A DNA stretch of 64,000 nucleotides from Escherichia coli (GTDB lineage: Bacteria > Pseudomonadota > Gammaproteobacteria > Enterobacterales > Enterobacteriaceae). This document shows positions 14,031 through 26,707 of this stretch, in pieces. The notes below the pieces were generated by a model that searched no databases, was not told the origin of the DNA, and saw nothing but the letters and a program-made list of their open reading frames with translations. The DNA lies in the NCBI RefSeq assembly GCF_036507355.1, contig NZ_AP027877.1, one strand, 5' to 3'. The position numbers and the translations under genes were made by a program. Each line of letters begins with the position of its first letter. Position 1 is the first letter of the stretch.

Positions 14031-14073
14031 AAAAAGAACAAATGGTAGTGTCCGCTATTGCCAGTACACCTCA

Positions 14074-15259
14074 CCGGCTGTGATGACGGGTAAACCGCCA
14101 ACGAGAAGGTGTCATTGCCACAGGATTGACCGCGCAGTGCATTCGCCGCCGCGATGACGTTTTCGTAGTTACCGCCAGAACAGCCCGCGATAATCCCCTG
14201 CTGCACTTTCAGGCGACCATTTTCCACTTTATCCAGCAGCGAGAGTTTGGCTTTACCGTGCGCCACGCGTTCGGACTCAATTTCAATCTCACGCAGAATG
14301 TCGGTCAGGTTCTGGTTCAGTGTGTCGATTTCATACACGTTGCTCGGGTGGAACGGCAGCGCAATCATTGGTTTGATGGCGCTTAAATCAACGCTGATGC
14401 AGCCATCGTAGTACGCCATCGGTTGAGGGTTAAGCTGGCAGTAATCCTGGCCGCGACCGTGCAGCGCCAGCCAGTTATGGACTTCTTCATCGGTTTGCCA
14501 GACAGAACTTAAACAGGTCGTTTCAGTGGTCATAACGTCAACGCTGTTACGGAAATCGGTAGAGAGCGCAGCAACACCGGGACCTACGAATTCCATCACT
14601 TTGTTTTTGACGTAGCCGTTTTTGAACACGGCACCGATGATAGCCAGCGCCACATCCTGCGGCCCCACATACGGCGCTGGTTTTCCGGTCAGATGCACCG
14701 CAACAACTCCCGGATAGTCGATATCCCAGGTGTCATTAAGCAGCTGTTTTACCAACTCGCCACCGCCCTCACCGACTGCCATTGTCCCTAATGCACCGTA
14801 ACGGGTGTGGCTGTCTGACCCGAGGATCATTTTGCCGCCGCCTGCCATCATTTCACGCATATATTGATGGATGACCGCAATATGCGGAGGCACAAAAATA
14901 CCGCCATAACGCTGCGCTGCGGATAAGCCAAAAATATGGTCATCACCGTTAATAGTACCGCCCACCGCACACAGAGAGTTATGGCAGTTGGTCAGCACAT
15001 ACGGCAGCGGGAAACGTTCCATCCCGGAGGCTTTGGCTGTCTGAATAATGCCGACAAAGGTAATATCGTGAGAGGCTAAGGAATCAAACTTAATTTTAAG
15101 TTTATCCATATTTCCGGACGTATTATGAGAAGAGAGAATAGACCAGGCAATAGTGCCTTTTTTGGCTTCTTCTTTTTTAATTTCGCCGGTGAAATGTTCT
15201 TCAGCAATTATTTCGTTATTACTGGCGAGAAACACGCCTTTTTCAGATAACTTGATCAT
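14074..15259 (-). pseudogene. ybhJ: ybhJ (aconitase-family hydratase), N-terminal fragment
   Basis: [18 protein letters not shown]...; the reading frame runs into the IS600-like right end and terminates there. Confidence 0.85.
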
Positions 15260-15441
15260 CAAATGCTCCAGATATCTGCGCACCGTGAAGTGCGCAGAAA
15301 GATAATAAATGGATATACTCTAAATAATTCGAGTTGCAGGAAGGCGACAAGCGAGTGAATCCCCAGGAGCTTACATAAGTAAGTGACTGGGGTCAGCGAA
15401 CGCAGACGCAGCACATGCAACTTGAAGTATGACGAGTATAT

Positions 15442-16875
15442 TTACAGCATGTTCCAGCCGATCAGCATATTCCACCACCACACGCCGAGGGTGATATGCA
15501 CCAGGAAGGTTAATATCGTCAGTACCGCACCGACCAACCACCAGGATTTAATATCGTTATAACCCACGCCAAAGATGACAGGACCTGCCGCGCCGCCATA
15601 GTGAGTAACCATGCCGCCATAGGAGTTGGAGAACAACAGTGCCAGCGCGGTTAACATTAACGGTGCGCCGGAGACGTTCGCCAGCATGGCAAATACCGGT
15701 AACATAGCAACGATATAGGCACTACCGGAAGCGAAGAAATAACGCACGATGATGCTGAGGAAAATAATAACGAAGAAAGCAACGTTACCGTGACCATCAA
15801 ATGCCAGGTTATTTTTAAAGACTTCAGCTAACCATTCGAAGAATTTAACTTTCGATAATAAGGAGCTTAAGCCGATAATACCACCGTACCAGATTAAGGT
15901 ATTCCAGCCGCCTTTATTTTTAACCACGTCTTCCCAGGTAACAATACCCAGCAGCAGCATGGTTGCCATAACAACGATTGCCACGGTGGATTCATCAACC
16001 CCCAGAGACTTACTGAAAATCCAGCCCAGCAGCGCCAGCACAAAGACACCGAGCAGCATTTTTTCGCGGATTTTCATCGGTCCCAGTTCGGCAAGGCCCG
16101 CTTTAGCGATGGTTTTGTTATCCACCTTCTTAATTTCTGGCGGATACATGGTGTAAATCACCAGCGGAGTAACCAGCAGCATAATGATGCCCGGCAATCC
16201 GGCGGCCAGCGCCCATCCCCCCCAGCTAATTTGCAGGTGCAGAATGTCGTTGATCATTTTCAGCGCCAGAATGTTCCCCGCCATTGCGGTAAAGAACATA
16301 TAGCTGGTGGTTTTGGTGACCATGTAAATGGACATCATCAGGTAATGTCCGACACGACGCGGACTTTTTTCCGGTTCGGACCCCAAAGCCACCGCCACGC
16401 TGTTGATGATCGGTAACACAATGCCGCCCGCACGCGCGGTGTTAGACGGTGTTGCCGGAGCCAATACCAGATCGAGGAATACCGTAACGTAACCCAGACC
16501 CAGCGTGGTGTTACCGATTTTACCAATCAGCAGATAGGCAATACGTTTACCTAAACCGGTGGTCACAAATGCGGCGCTTAAGGTAAACGCCGAGAACACC
16601 AGCCAGGTAGTACCTGAAGAGTAACCGCTTAATACGGCGGTGGTCTTAAACGCACCGTCGGATAAGTTACCGACCACCACCATTGAGGCAGCAACGGCAA
16701 TTAACAGTACGACAGGTTCCGGGAAAGGCTTGATAACCAGACCCACAATGGCCGCCAGGTAAATACCAAAAAGCACCCACGCCAGTTCGCTTAATCCTGC
16801 CGGAGCTGGCATAAAGCCAATAATACATGGGATCGCTAATATCAGAATTAGCTTCCATAACGATTTCTTATTCAT
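15442..16875 (-). CDS. ybhI: DASS-family anion transporter
   Basis: 477-aa polytopic membrane protein MNKKSLWKLILILAIP... Confidence 0.88.
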   Translation of the reverse strand: MNKKSLWKLILILAIPCIIGFMPAPAGLSELAWVLFGIYLAAIVGLVIKPFPEPVVLLIAVAASMVVVGNLSDGAFKTTAVLSGYSSGTTWLVFSAFTLSAAFVTTGLGKRIAYLLIGKIGNTTLGLGYVTVFLDLVLAPATPSNTARAGGIVLPIINSVAVALGSEPEKSPRRVGHYLMMSIYMVTKTTSYMFFTAMAGNILALKMINDILHLQISWGGWALAAGLPGIIMLLVTPLVIYTMYPPEIKKVDNKTIAKAGLAELGPMKIREKMLLGVFVLALLGWIFSKSLGVDESTVAIVVMATMLLLGIVTWEDVVKNKGGWNTLIWYGGIIGLSSLLSKVKFFEWLAEVFKNNLAFDGHGNVAFFVIIFLSIIVRYFFASGSAYIVAMLPVFAMLANVSGAPLMLTALALLFSNSYGGMVTHYGGAAGPVIFGVGYNDIKSWWLVGAVLTILTFLVHITLGVWWWNMLIGWNML

Positions 16876-16950
16876 TTAAAATCCTGTTCTTTCTGTATGA
16901 CTCATACAGAAGTCCTTTATTGATTGTCCTTATCCTGACAACGAATTTTT

Positions 16951-18003
16951 TCAGGGAAGATAAACTTCACCGGAAAATATTTTTCTGGTCGTCCGAATAA
17001 CAGATGCGCGTAACGTCGTGGCATCCTGACCTTCATTACTTAAATGAACGTCGAGCGCACCACTGGGGTGTTCAATATTGATATTGCCGTATCCTACAGA
17101 AGGGACGATTTGTCGGGTGACGGTGCCTTCCAATGCACAACTACTGGAAATAGCAATAGCACCGGTTATCGCCAGCGCGCGATGGCAAGAATGCGGCATA
17201 AAATAACGCACATTAATTGCCCCGTCTTTCTGCGCTGGAGAAATAAGCACAGGTTTAGGGATAACCATATTACTGACATCACCTAAGCCCATTGCTTTAC
17301 CCGCTTGTAGACGGATAGATTCAATGCGGGCTAATAATGCTTTGTCGGCATCCAGTTCCGCCGGTAATTCATAACCTGTTTTTCCCAGATATTCAGCCGG
17401 AATAATGACGACTGGCATCGCCATATCGATACAGGTCACCGGGACATCGTCAAAATAATCAATCTGATTATCAGTCGGGAAAACTTTTCCGGTTTTCGTT
17501 CCAGCGGCATTCAGGAAAGTGAGCGCAACCGGTGCGGCAGTACCCGGTACGCCGTCAATTCTGGCGCTACCCTCGTACTCGACAACACCATTTGGCGTTT
17601 GCACATCAGCTTCGATGAACGTACCCGTATTGACGTTGCGGATACGTACACGGGTAACTGGCGAAGTCGCTGCAATCAAACCATTTTCAATGGCGAATGC
17701 GCCAACGCCAGACAGCATATTGCCGCAGTTAGGCGTGGTATCGACACGTTGCTCATGGACGATAACTTGAGCAAACAGATAATCAACATCAGCACGCGGA
17801 TCGCTGGAACGGCTAATAATGGCGACTTTACTGGTCAGTGGATTACCGCCGCCAATACCGTCAATTTCCAGATCATTACCGGAACCCATAATTGCCATCA
17901 ATATTTTATCGCGCTGCGTTTGATCTTCGGGTAAATGTTCCGCTAACAGGAACGCGCCCCTCGAGGTTCCACCTCGCATCATCACGCAGGGTATTTTTTT
18001 CAT
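16951..18003 (-). CDS. ybhH: PrpF-family isomerase
   Basis: 350 aa MKKIPCVMMRGGTSRGAFL... Confidence 0.88.
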   Translation of the reverse strand: MKKIPCVMMRGGTSRGAFLLAEHLPEDQTQRDKILMAIMGSGNDLEIDGIGGGNPLTSKVAIISRSSDPRADVDYLFAQVIVHEQRVDTTPNCGNMLSGVGAFAIENGLIAATSPVTRVRIRNVNTGTFIEADVQTPNGVVEYEGSARIDGVPGTAAPVALTFLNAAGTKTGKVFPTDNQIDYFDDVPVTCIDMAMPVVIIPAEYLGKTGYELPAELDADKALLARIESIRLQAGKAMGLGDVSNMVIPKPVLISPAQKDGAINVRYFMPHSCHRALAITGAIAISSSCALEGTVTRQIVPSVGYGNINIEHPSGALDVHLSNEGQDATTLRASVIRTTRKIFSGEVYLP

Positions 18004-18186
18004 AATAATGCCCTCAATTTAAAAACATAACTTATTGCGATATGGTTACATTAAGGGCAAAGCATCTCTAATGACTTTAGCTCAACGATTAATAACATTT
18101 TTTCATTAATTTAAGTTGGCTAAATGCAGTTAAAATTTTTAACGGCCAGCCACCCAAAATCAACGCTTCCATTTTCCGGAGTAATA

Positions 18187-19140
18187 ATGAAGCATGAATT
18201 ATCAAGTATGAAGGCATTTGTCATACTGGCAGAGTCCAGTTCATTTAACAATGCCGCTAAATTACTCAATATTACGCAACCTGCATTAACGCGAAGAATA
18301 AAAAAGATGGAGGAAGATTTACATATTCAACTATTTGAGCGTACAACTCGCAAGGTTACGTTAACAAAAGCAGGAAAAAGGTTGCTCCCGGAGGCGCGGG
18401 AATTAATAAAGAAATTCGATGAAACGCTTTTTAATATTCGTGATATGAATGCTTATCATCGTGGTATGGTGACGTTAGCGTGTATTCCGACCGCAGTATT
18501 TTATTTTTTACCGCTGGCAATCGGTAAATTTAATGAGCTGTATCCCAATATTAAAGTGCGGATTCTGGAACAAGGCACGAATAATTGCATGGAATCGGTG
18601 CTATGTAACGAATCAGACTTTGGCATAAACATGAACAACGTCACAAATTCATCCATTGATTTTAGCCCACTGGTCAACGAGCCGTTCGTGCTGGCCTGTC
18701 GGCGTGACCATCCATTGGCCAAAAAGCAGCTTGTAGAATGGCAGGAGTTAGTGGGTTACAAAATGATTGGCGTACGCTCCTCCAGCGGCAACCGACTGTT
18801 GATAGAACAACAGCTAGCCGACAAGCCCTGGAAGCTGGACTGGTTTTACGAAGTGCGTCATCTTTCGACGTCATTAGGACTGGTGGAGGCAGGACTGGGG
18901 ATTTCAGCGCTTCCTGGTCTGGCAATGCCCCATGCGCCCTATTCTTCGATTATTGGTATCCCACTGGTGGAACCCGTTATACGTCGGACATTGGGGATTA
19001 TTCGCCGCAAAGATGCCGTGCTTTCTCCGGCAGCTGAACGCTTTTTTGCCTTGCTGATTAATTTGTGGACTGACGATAAAGACAATTTGTGGACCAATAT
19101 CGTCGAACGCCAGAGACATGCGTTACAGGAGATAGGTTAA
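18187..19140 (+). CDS. ybhD: LysR-family transcriptional regulator
   Basis: HTH ...AAKLLNITQPALTRRIKKMEEDL...; start placed at MKHELSS (ATG 18187), divergent from ybhH. Confidence 0.85.
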   Translation: MKHELSSMKAFVILAESSSFNNAAKLLNITQPALTRRIKKMEEDLHIQLFERTTRKVTLTKAGKRLLPEARELIKKFDETLFNIRDMNAYHRGMVTLACIPTAVFYFLPLAIGKFNELYPNIKVRILEQGTNNCMESVLCNESDFGINMNNVTNSSIDFSPLVNEPFVLACRRDHPLAKKQLVEWQELVGYKMIGVRSSSGNRLLIEQQLADKPWKLDWFYEVRHLSTSLGLVEAGLGISALPGLAMPHAPYSSIIGIPLVEPVIRRTLGIIRRKDAVLSPAAERFFALLINLWTDDKDNLWTNIVERQRHALQEIG

Positions 19141-19180
19141 TACACCGGCGCAGGAGAGACTGCGCCGGGTAAATCAGCGG

Positions 19181-20212
<1,032 letters not shown>

Positions 20213-20330
20213 CTAAAATTAGTCGCTTTTGGCGGTGAATGCTGAATTAAAACGCAGAATTTTGTCCGATAGTGGTATCGGTGTACCATTCGCGCAGAAG
20301 AAAATTCTTAACCTTAATCTGGAATACGCC

Positions 20331-21149
20331 ATGACCACACGCGTGATTGCTCTCGACTTAGACGGCACCTTATTGACCCCGAAAAAGACCTTGCTTCCAT
20401 CATCGATAGAAGCCCTGGCCCGCGCTCGCGAAGCAGGCTATCAATTAATCATCGTCACAGGTCGCCATCACGTCGCTATTCATCCTTTTTATCAGGCGCT
20501 GGCGCTGGATACACCTGCTATTTGCTGTAATGGCACCTATTTGTATGATTATCATGCAAAAACCGTGCTGGAAGCGGACCCAATGCCCGTTAATAAAGCC
20601 CTGCAACTCATTGAGATGCTGAATGAACATCACATTCACGGTCTGATGTATGTGGATGATGCAATGGTCTATGAGCACCCGACCGGGCATGTCATTCGCA
20701 CGTCTAACTGGGCGCAAACCCTGCCGCCGGAACAGCGTCCGACTTTCACACAAGTCGCTTCTCTGGCTGAAACGGCGCAACAAGTTAACGCCGTATGGAA
20801 GTTCGCCCTGACGCACGATGACCTGCCGCAATTGCAGCATTTTGGTAAGCATGTCGAACATGAACTGGGACTGGAGTGTGAATGGTCCTGGCACGATCAG
20901 GTTGATATTGCACGCGGCGGCAACAGCAAAGGTAAACGTTTGACGAAATGGGTTGAGGCGCAAGGCTGGTCGATGGAAAACGTCGTGGCGTTCGGCGATA
21001 ACTTTAATGATATCAGTATGCTGGAGGCCGCTGGTACAGGCGTGGCGATGGGCAATGCCGATGACGCGGTAAAAGCGCGCGCCAACATTGTGATTGGTGA
21101 TAACACCACCGACAGCATTGCCCAGTTCATTTATAGCCACCTGATTTAA
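20331..21149 (+). CDS. ybhA: HAD-family sugar/pyridoxal phosphate phosphatase
   Basis: MTTRVIALDLDGTLL... HAD motif I; ATG at 20331. Confidence 0.9.
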   Translation: MTTRVIALDLDGTLLTPKKTLLPSSIEALARAREAGYQLIIVTGRHHVAIHPFYQALALDTPAICCNGTYLYDYHAKTVLEADPMPVNKALQLIEMLNEHHIHGLMYVDDAMVYEHPTGHVIRTSNWAQTLPPEQRPTFTQVASLAETAQQVNAVWKFALTHDDLPQLQHFGKHVEHELGLECEWSWHDQVDIARGGNSKGKRLTKWVEAQGWSMENVVAFGDNFNDISMLEAAGTGVAMGNADDAVKARANIVIGDNTTDSIAQFIYSHLI

Positions 21150-22208
21150 TCAGGCGGTTATCGACACACTTTTAATTTGCGCGTACAGCCACAGGCCAGG
21201 TTTGATCGCCAGTTCATCCCTGGCCCACGGGCTGATACGCGCCCACAGCGTTTTACCGCCGACTTCCAGCTCCACTTCCACCTGGCCGTTGTCGTCATAA
21301 CTATTAACAACTTTTGCCCGCAATACGTTACGAATGCTGGTTTGCTGCGGCGGTTGTAAAACCAGAGAAACATCAGAAGCCTGAATGCGGATACGTAGCG
21401 CAGCTTGCAGCGGTTCGTCCAGCTTATTGACCCACAAATGCTGATCGCCCAGCGCCAGCGCGGTCATCGCGTAATGCGGATGATGCTCAAGCACCGTCAC
21501 TTTCAGAATGCTACTTTGTTGCTCTTTCGGCAGCCACGGATTCATCACGCTACTACCCCAGACTTCTTCCAGCGCGCCAAAGGCTTTCACCTGACCGTTT
21601 TCCAGTACCATCACTCTGTCTGCCAGATGGAGGATCTCATCCAGCGAATGGCTGACATACAACATCGGAATGTTGATTTCCCGTGTCAGCCGTTGCAGAT
21701 AAGGCAACAGTTCGCGTTTACGCGGAATATCCAGTGACGCCAGCGGTTCATCCAGCAACAGCAATTCCGGTGCTGTCAGCAAAGCCCGACCAATCGCCAC
21801 GCGCTGTTTTTCGCCTCCGGACAGGCTGCCTGGTAAACGGTCAAGCAACGGTTCAATGCCTAAAAGCGCCACCAGCTTATCGAACTGATCGACCATACTT
21901 TTCGACATGCCGTAGCGCAGATTGCCACGCACTTTGTAATGCGGGAACAGCCGCGCATCCTGAAAAACATAGCCAACGCGACGTTTTTCTGGCGTCAGGC
22001 AGATACCTTTATCCGCGTCATTTAGTACCCGACCATTGAGGACAATCCTCCCTTTTTGCGGGCGCGTCAGTCCACTGATGGCGTTAATCAGCGAAGTTTT
22101 TCCGGCACCGGAGACGCCAAAGATAGCAGTGATGCCATTGGCGGGCAGCGTTTCATTAATGGTCAGGCAATGGTTGCCCAACGTCTGGGAAAAATTCAGT
22201 TCCAGCAT
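21150..22208 (-). CDS. modC: Molybdate ABC transporter ATP-binding protein
   Basis: Walker [10 protein letters not shown] and LSGGEKQRV signature; 352 aa. Confidence 0.95.
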   Translation of the reverse strand: MLELNFSQTLGNHCLTINETLPANGITAIFGVSGAGKTSLINAISGLTRPQKGRIVLNGRVLNDADKGICLTPEKRRVGYVFQDARLFPHYKVRGNLRYGMSKSMVDQFDKLVALLGIEPLLDRLPGSLSGGEKQRVAIGRALLTAPELLLLDEPLASLDIPRKRELLPYLQRLTREINIPMLYVSHSLDEILHLADRVMVLENGQVKAFGALEEVWGSSVMNPWLPKEQQSSILKVTVLEHHPHYAMTALALGDQHLWVNKLDEPLQAALRIRIQASDVSLVLQPPQQTSIRNVLRAKVVNSYDDNGQVEVELEVGGKTLWARISPWARDELAIKPGLWLYAQIKSVSITA

Positions 22209-22210
22209 GA

Positions 22211-22900
22211 TTAGCGCCCCGCCCGTTCACGGCTGATTCTGGCCAGCCATTCTGAAATCAACAGGGAGATCATCGCCAGTGCAATAGAAATAATGCACAG
22301 TCTCGCTGCGCCACTTTCCCCGCCGGGGGTTTGGATCAGGGTATACATGGCAGAAGGAATGGTTCGCGTTTCACCAGGAATGTTCGACACAAAGGTGATG
22401 GTTGCACCAAACTCACCGAGAGAACGAGCAAAAGCCAGTACCGTACCAACAATAATGCCCGGTAAGGTCAGCGGTAACGTGATAGTAAAGAAAACGCGCC
22501 AGCGCCCGGCACCCAGTGTTCTTGCGGCCTGTTCCAGTTTGACATCAACCCCTTCCAGCGCCAGACGAATTGCCCGCACCATCAGCGGAAACGACATGAC
22601 GGCGGCAGCGAGAACCGCGCCGCGCCAGCTAAAGGCGAAGGTAATACCAAACCAGTCATACAGACGTTCACCGATAAATCCGCGCCGTCCCATCGAAACT
22701 AATAATAAGTAACCGACGACCACGGGCGGTAACACCAGCGGTAGATGCAGTACGCTGTCGAGCAGAGCTTTGCCCGGAAACGTGCAACGCACCAGTAACC
22801 AGGCAAAAAAGATCCCAAACGGCAGGCTAAACAGCACAGCCAGGGAAGAAACTTTCAGGCTTAATAAAACTGCCTGCCATTCTGGATCGGTCAGTATCAT
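22211..22900 (-). CDS. modB: Molybdate ABC transporter permease
   Basis: 229-aa permease immediately upstream of modC. Confidence 0.95.
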   Translation of the reverse strand: MILTDPEWQAVLLSLKVSSLAVLFSLPFGIFFAWLLVRCTFPGKALLDSVLHLPLVLPPVVVGYLLLVSMGRRGFIGERLYDWFGITFAFSWRGAVLAAAVMSFPLMVRAIRLALEGVDVKLEQAARTLGAGRWRVFFTITLPLTLPGIIVGTVLAFARSLGEFGATITFVSNIPGETRTIPSAMYTLIQTPGGESGAARLCIISIALAMISLLISEWLARISRERAGR

Positions 22901-23673
22901 TACTTGGTTGTAAATCCGTAACGTTTAAAGATTTCCGCAGCCTGCGGTCCCTTCAGATAATCATAAAATGCTTTCACTGTCGCATTGTTATGCCCTTCCA
23001 CAACAGCAACCGGATATTCCACTTTTTTATGTGAATCTTCCGGGAAGGTGGCAACCACTTTTACCCCTTTGCTGGCAACTGCGTCAGAACCGTAAACAAT
23101 GCCCAACGGCGCTTCATTGCGTTCGACCAACGCCAGCGCGCCACGAACATCTTCCGCCGGAGCCAGTTTCGGGGAGAGCGTATCCCATGCGCCCAGTTTT
23201 TGCAGTGCTTCTTTTGCATAAATGCCAGCAGGGACATGTTCCGGATCGCCAACCGCGAGGCGACCGCCATTCAGCAGCGAAGTCCAGTTAGTTTTGCTGT
23301 CGATGATGAAATCTTTCTGCTCGCTGGCTTTCGGTGCTACAACGACCAGGCTATTGCCGAGCAGTGTCTGACGCGTAGCTGTATCGATCGCTTTTTTATC
23401 AACCGCATAATCCATCCATTTCTGATCGGCAGAAATAAACAGATCCGCAGGCGCACCCGCTTCAATCTGACGGGCGAGAGTAGATGACGAAGCGAAAGAA
23501 GAAACCACATCCACGCCTTTCTCTTTTTTATACTGCGTAGCAATGTCCTGCATTGCGTTAGTCAGTGATGCGGCGGCGAACACCGTGATTTTCCCTTCAT
23601 CTGCCAGTGCATTGCCAGCAACAGCGAAAGAGAGTGCCGCCCCAGCAAACAAGTTCAACCATTTACGAGCCAT
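22900..23673 (-). CDS. modA: Molybdate-binding periplasmic protein
   Basis: MARKWLNLFAGAALSFAVAGNALA signal peptide; 257 aa. Confidence 0.95.
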   Translation of the reverse strand: MARKWLNLFAGAALSFAVAGNALADEGKITVFAAASLTNAMQDIATQYKKEKGVDVVSSFASSSTLARQIEAGAPADLFISADQKWMDYAVDKKAIDTATRQTLLGNSLVVVAPKASEQKDFIIDSKTNWTSLLNGGRLAVGDPEHVPAGIYAKEALQKLGAWDTLSPKLAPAEDVRGALALVERNEAPLGIVYGSDAVASKGVKVVATFPEDSHKKVEYPVAVVEGHNNATVKAFYDYLKGPQAAEIFKRYGFTTK

Positions 23674-23681
23674 TGGTAACC

Positions 23682-23716
23682 CCTTAATGTAACGTTATGT
23701 AGGCGACAATATAACG
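23682..23716. promoter_or_regulatory. Putative ModE operator in the modABC promoter region
   Basis: taatgtaacgttatgtaggcgacaatataacg, a TAYAT-type repeat region immediately upstream of modA; recalled from the modA operator, not verified. Confidence 0.45.
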
Positions 23717-23839
23717 ACTAACTCGGAATTTTCCCAGCAGTTATTGCTAACCTTTGTGAGGTAGATAAGAAAAAATATCGGCAGGAAAAGCAGGAAGTTG
23801 AGAAAAAGAAAATGCCCGACTAAGCGGGCATTCAGGGAA

Positions 23840-24007
<168 letters not shown>

Positions 24008-24117
24008 TCATGAGACTATTCTAACCGCTAAGCACAGAAAAGCACTCCCCTTTTGTGCGGTCAGCTTTGCGTGGCGTTCGTTTTCCGTCACAATAAGACT
24101 TTTGCCAGGACATTGTT

Positions 24118-24906
24118 ATGCAGGCCGAAATCCTTCTCACCCTTAAGCTCCAACAAAAATTATTCGCCGACCCGCGCCGCATTTCGCTACTAAAACACAT
24201 TGCGCTTTCCGGTTCCATTAGCCAGGGAGCGAAAGATGCCGGTATCAGCTATAAAAGCGCCTGGGATGCCATTAACGAGATGAATCAGTTAAGTGAGCAT
24301 ATTCTGGTCGAGCGCGCAACAGGCGGTAAAGGTGGCGGCGGCGCAGTACTGACCCGCTATGGTCAGCGACTGATTCAGCTCTATGACTTACTGGCGCAAA
24401 TCCAGCAAAAAGCCTTTGATGTGTTAAGTGACGATGACGCCCTGCCGCTGAACAGCCTGCTGGCCGCGATCTCACGTTTTTCACTGCAAACCAGCGCCCG
24501 TAACCAGTGGTTCGGTACCATCACCGCCCGCGATCATGATGACGTTCAACAGCATGTTGATGTCTTACTGGCTGATGGAAAAACACGCCTGAAAGTCGCA
24601 ATTACCGCACAAAGCGGCGCGCGTCTGGGGCTGGATGAAGGCAAAGAAGTGTTGATATTGCTAAAAGCGCCGTGGGTAGGCATTACTCAGGACGAAGCGG
24701 TCGCGCAAAACGCTGACAACCAATTACCGGGTATTATTAGTCATATTGAGCGCGGCGCAGAGCAGTGCGAAGTATTAATGGCGCTACCGGACGGGCAAAC
24801 ACTGTGCGCCACAGTGCCGGTAAATGAAGCGACTTCTCTTCAGCAAGGACAGAATGTCACGGCCTACTTTAATGCCGACAGCGTGATTATCGCCACGCTG
24901 TGCTAA
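24118..24906 (+). CDS. modE: Molybdate-responsive transcriptional regulator
   Basis: 262 aa MQAEILLTLKLQQKLFADPRRISLL... Confidence 0.95.
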   Translation: MQAEILLTLKLQQKLFADPRRISLLKHIALSGSISQGAKDAGISYKSAWDAINEMNQLSEHILVERATGGKGGGGAVLTRYGQRLIQLYDLLAQIQQKAFDVLSDDDALPLNSLLAAISRFSLQTSARNQWFGTITARDHDDVQQHVDVLLADGKTRLKVAITAQSGARLGLDEGKEVLILLKAPWVGITQDEAVAQNADNQLPGIISHIERGAEQCEVLMALPDGQTLCATVPVNEATSLQQGQNVTAYFNADSVIIATLC

Positions 24907-24973
24907 GCGTGTTGACAATTTGTTATGAAACACGTATCCCTGTCAGTAATCGCTGCACAAAATGGGATATAAA

Positions 24974-26446
24974 ATGTCATCGTTGCAAATTTTGCAAGGC
25001 ACGTTTCGTCTTAGCGACACAAAAACGCTGCAATTGCCTCAGCTAACGTTAAACGCGGGTGATAGTTGGGCGTTTGTCGGTTCGAATGGAAGCGGGAAAT
25101 CGGCCCTGGCCCGCGCGCTGGCGGGGGAACTTCCGCTTTTGAAAGGTGAACGGCAAAGCCAGTTTTCCCACATCACTCGTCTCTCCTTCGAGCAATTGCA
25201 AAAGCTCGTCAGCGACGAATGGCAGCGGAATAACACCGATATGCTCGGCCCTGGCGAAGATGACACCGGACGCACTACGGCTGAGATTATTCAGGATAAA
25301 GTAAAGGATGCACCGCGCTGCATGCAACTGGCACAGCAGTTCGGTATTACCCCCCTCCTCGACCGACGCTTTAAATACCTTTCCACTGGCGAGACGCGAA
25401 AAACCCTGCTGTGTCAGGCGCTGATGTCGGAGCCTGACTTGTTGATTCTTGATGAGCCGTTCGATGGCCTGGATGTTGCCTCACGTCAGCAGCTGGCTGA
25501 GCGACTCGCCTCGTTACATCAGTCCGGTATTACTCTGGTACTGGTGCTCAATCGCTTCGATGAGATCCCGGAGTTTGTCCAGTTTGCTGGCGTGCTGGCG
25601 GATTGCACTTTAGCGGAAACTGGCGCTAAAGAGGAACTGCTCCAACAAGCACTCGTCGCGCAACTGGCGCATAGTGAACAGCTTGAAGGTGTGCAACTGC
25701 CGGAGCCGGATGAACCTTCAGCACGTCACGCCTTACCCGCCAACGAACCGCGCATTGTGCTGAATAATGGCGTGGTTTCTTATAACGATCGCCCCATTCT
25801 TAATAACCTTAGCTGGCAGGTGAATCCAGGTGAACACTGGCAAATTGTCGGGCCAAATGGCGCGGGAAAATCGACGTTATTAAGCCTGATTACTGGCGAT
25901 CATCCGCAAGGTTACAGCAACGATTTGACGCTTTTCGGACGACGTCGTGGCAGCGGCGAAACCATCTGGGATATCAAAAAGCATATCGGTTACGTCAGCA
26001 GTAGTTTGCATCTGGATTACCGGGTCAGTACTACTGTGCGTAATGTGATTCTTTCTGGCTATTTCGATTCGATTGGCATTTATCAGGCCGTTTCGGATCG
26101 CCAGCAAAAACTGGTGCAGCAGTGGCTGGATATTCTCGGCATTGATAAACGCACGGCTGACGCTCCGTTCCATAGTCTTTCCTGGGGACAGCAGCGTCTG
26201 GCGCTGATAGTCCGCGCGCTGGTGAAACATCCGACGTTGCTTATTCTCGATGAACCACTACAGGGGCTTGATCCGCTGAATCGCCAGCTTATCCGCCGTT
26301 TTGTTGATGTGCTGATTAGCGAAGGTGAAACGCAATTGTTGTTTGTTTCGCACCACGCTGAAGATGCGCCTGCCTGTATTACCCATCGTCTTGAGTTCGT
26401 GCCGGACGGTGGACTCTATCGCTATGTGCTGACAAAAATATATTGA
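24974..26446 (+). CDS. modF: ABC-type ATPase with two nucleotide-binding domains
   Basis: MSSLQILQGTFRL...; two Walker A motifs (GSNGSGKS, GPNGAGKS). Confidence 0.93.
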   Translation: MSSLQILQGTFRLSDTKTLQLPQLTLNAGDSWAFVGSNGSGKSALARALAGELPLLKGERQSQFSHITRLSFEQLQKLVSDEWQRNNTDMLGPGEDDTGRTTAEIIQDKVKDAPRCMQLAQQFGITPLLDRRFKYLSTGETRKTLLCQALMSEPDLLILDEPFDGLDVASRQQLAERLASLHQSGITLVLVLNRFDEIPEFVQFAGVLADCTLAETGAKEELLQQALVAQLAHSEQLEGVQLPEPDEPSARHALPANEPRIVLNNGVVSYNDRPILNNLSWQVNPGEHWQIVGPNGAGKSTLLSLITGDHPQGYSNDLTLFGRRRGSGETIWDIKKHIGYVSSSLHLDYRVSTTVRNVILSGYFDSIGIYQAVSDRQQKLVQQWLDILGIDKRTADAPFHSLSWGQQRLALIVRALVKHPTLLILDEPLQGLDPLNRQLIRRFVDVLISEGETQLLFVSHHAEDAPACITHRLEFVPDGGLYRYVLTKIY

Positions 26447-26454
26447 GTCGGTAG

Positions 26455-26520
26455 TGCTGACCTTGCCGGAGGCGGCCTAAGCGCCCTCTCCGGCCAACGG
26501 TTCGACGCATGCAGGCATGA
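26455..26520. repeat. REP-like palindromic element
   Basis: gccggaggcggcctaagcgccctctccggcc... between modF and galE. Confidence 0.5.
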
Positions 26521-26613
26521 AACCGCGTCTTTTTTTCAGATAAAAAGCGCAATCATTCATAAACCCTCTGTTTTATAATCACTTAATCGCACATAAAAAA
26601 TGGCTAAACTCTT

Positions 26614-26629
26614 GTGTAAACGATTCCAC
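26614..26629. promoter_or_regulatory. gal operator OE (GalR/GalS site)
   Basis: Exact gtgtaaacgattccac upstream of galE. Confidence 0.85.
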
Positions 26630-26707
26630 TAATTTATTCCATGTCACACTTTTCGCATCTTTGTTATGCTATGGTTATTTCATACCATAAGCCTAATGGA
26701 GCGAATT

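Larger units (their letters stand above)
12810..14073 (+). mobile_element. IS3-family insertion sequence, IS600-like
   Basis: 1264 bp; imperfect terminal inverted repeats TGAGGTAGCC...CGGACACT and revcomp TGAGGTGTAC...CGGACACT; flanked by ccgg on both sides; orfA/orfB arrangement. Confidence 0.82.
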
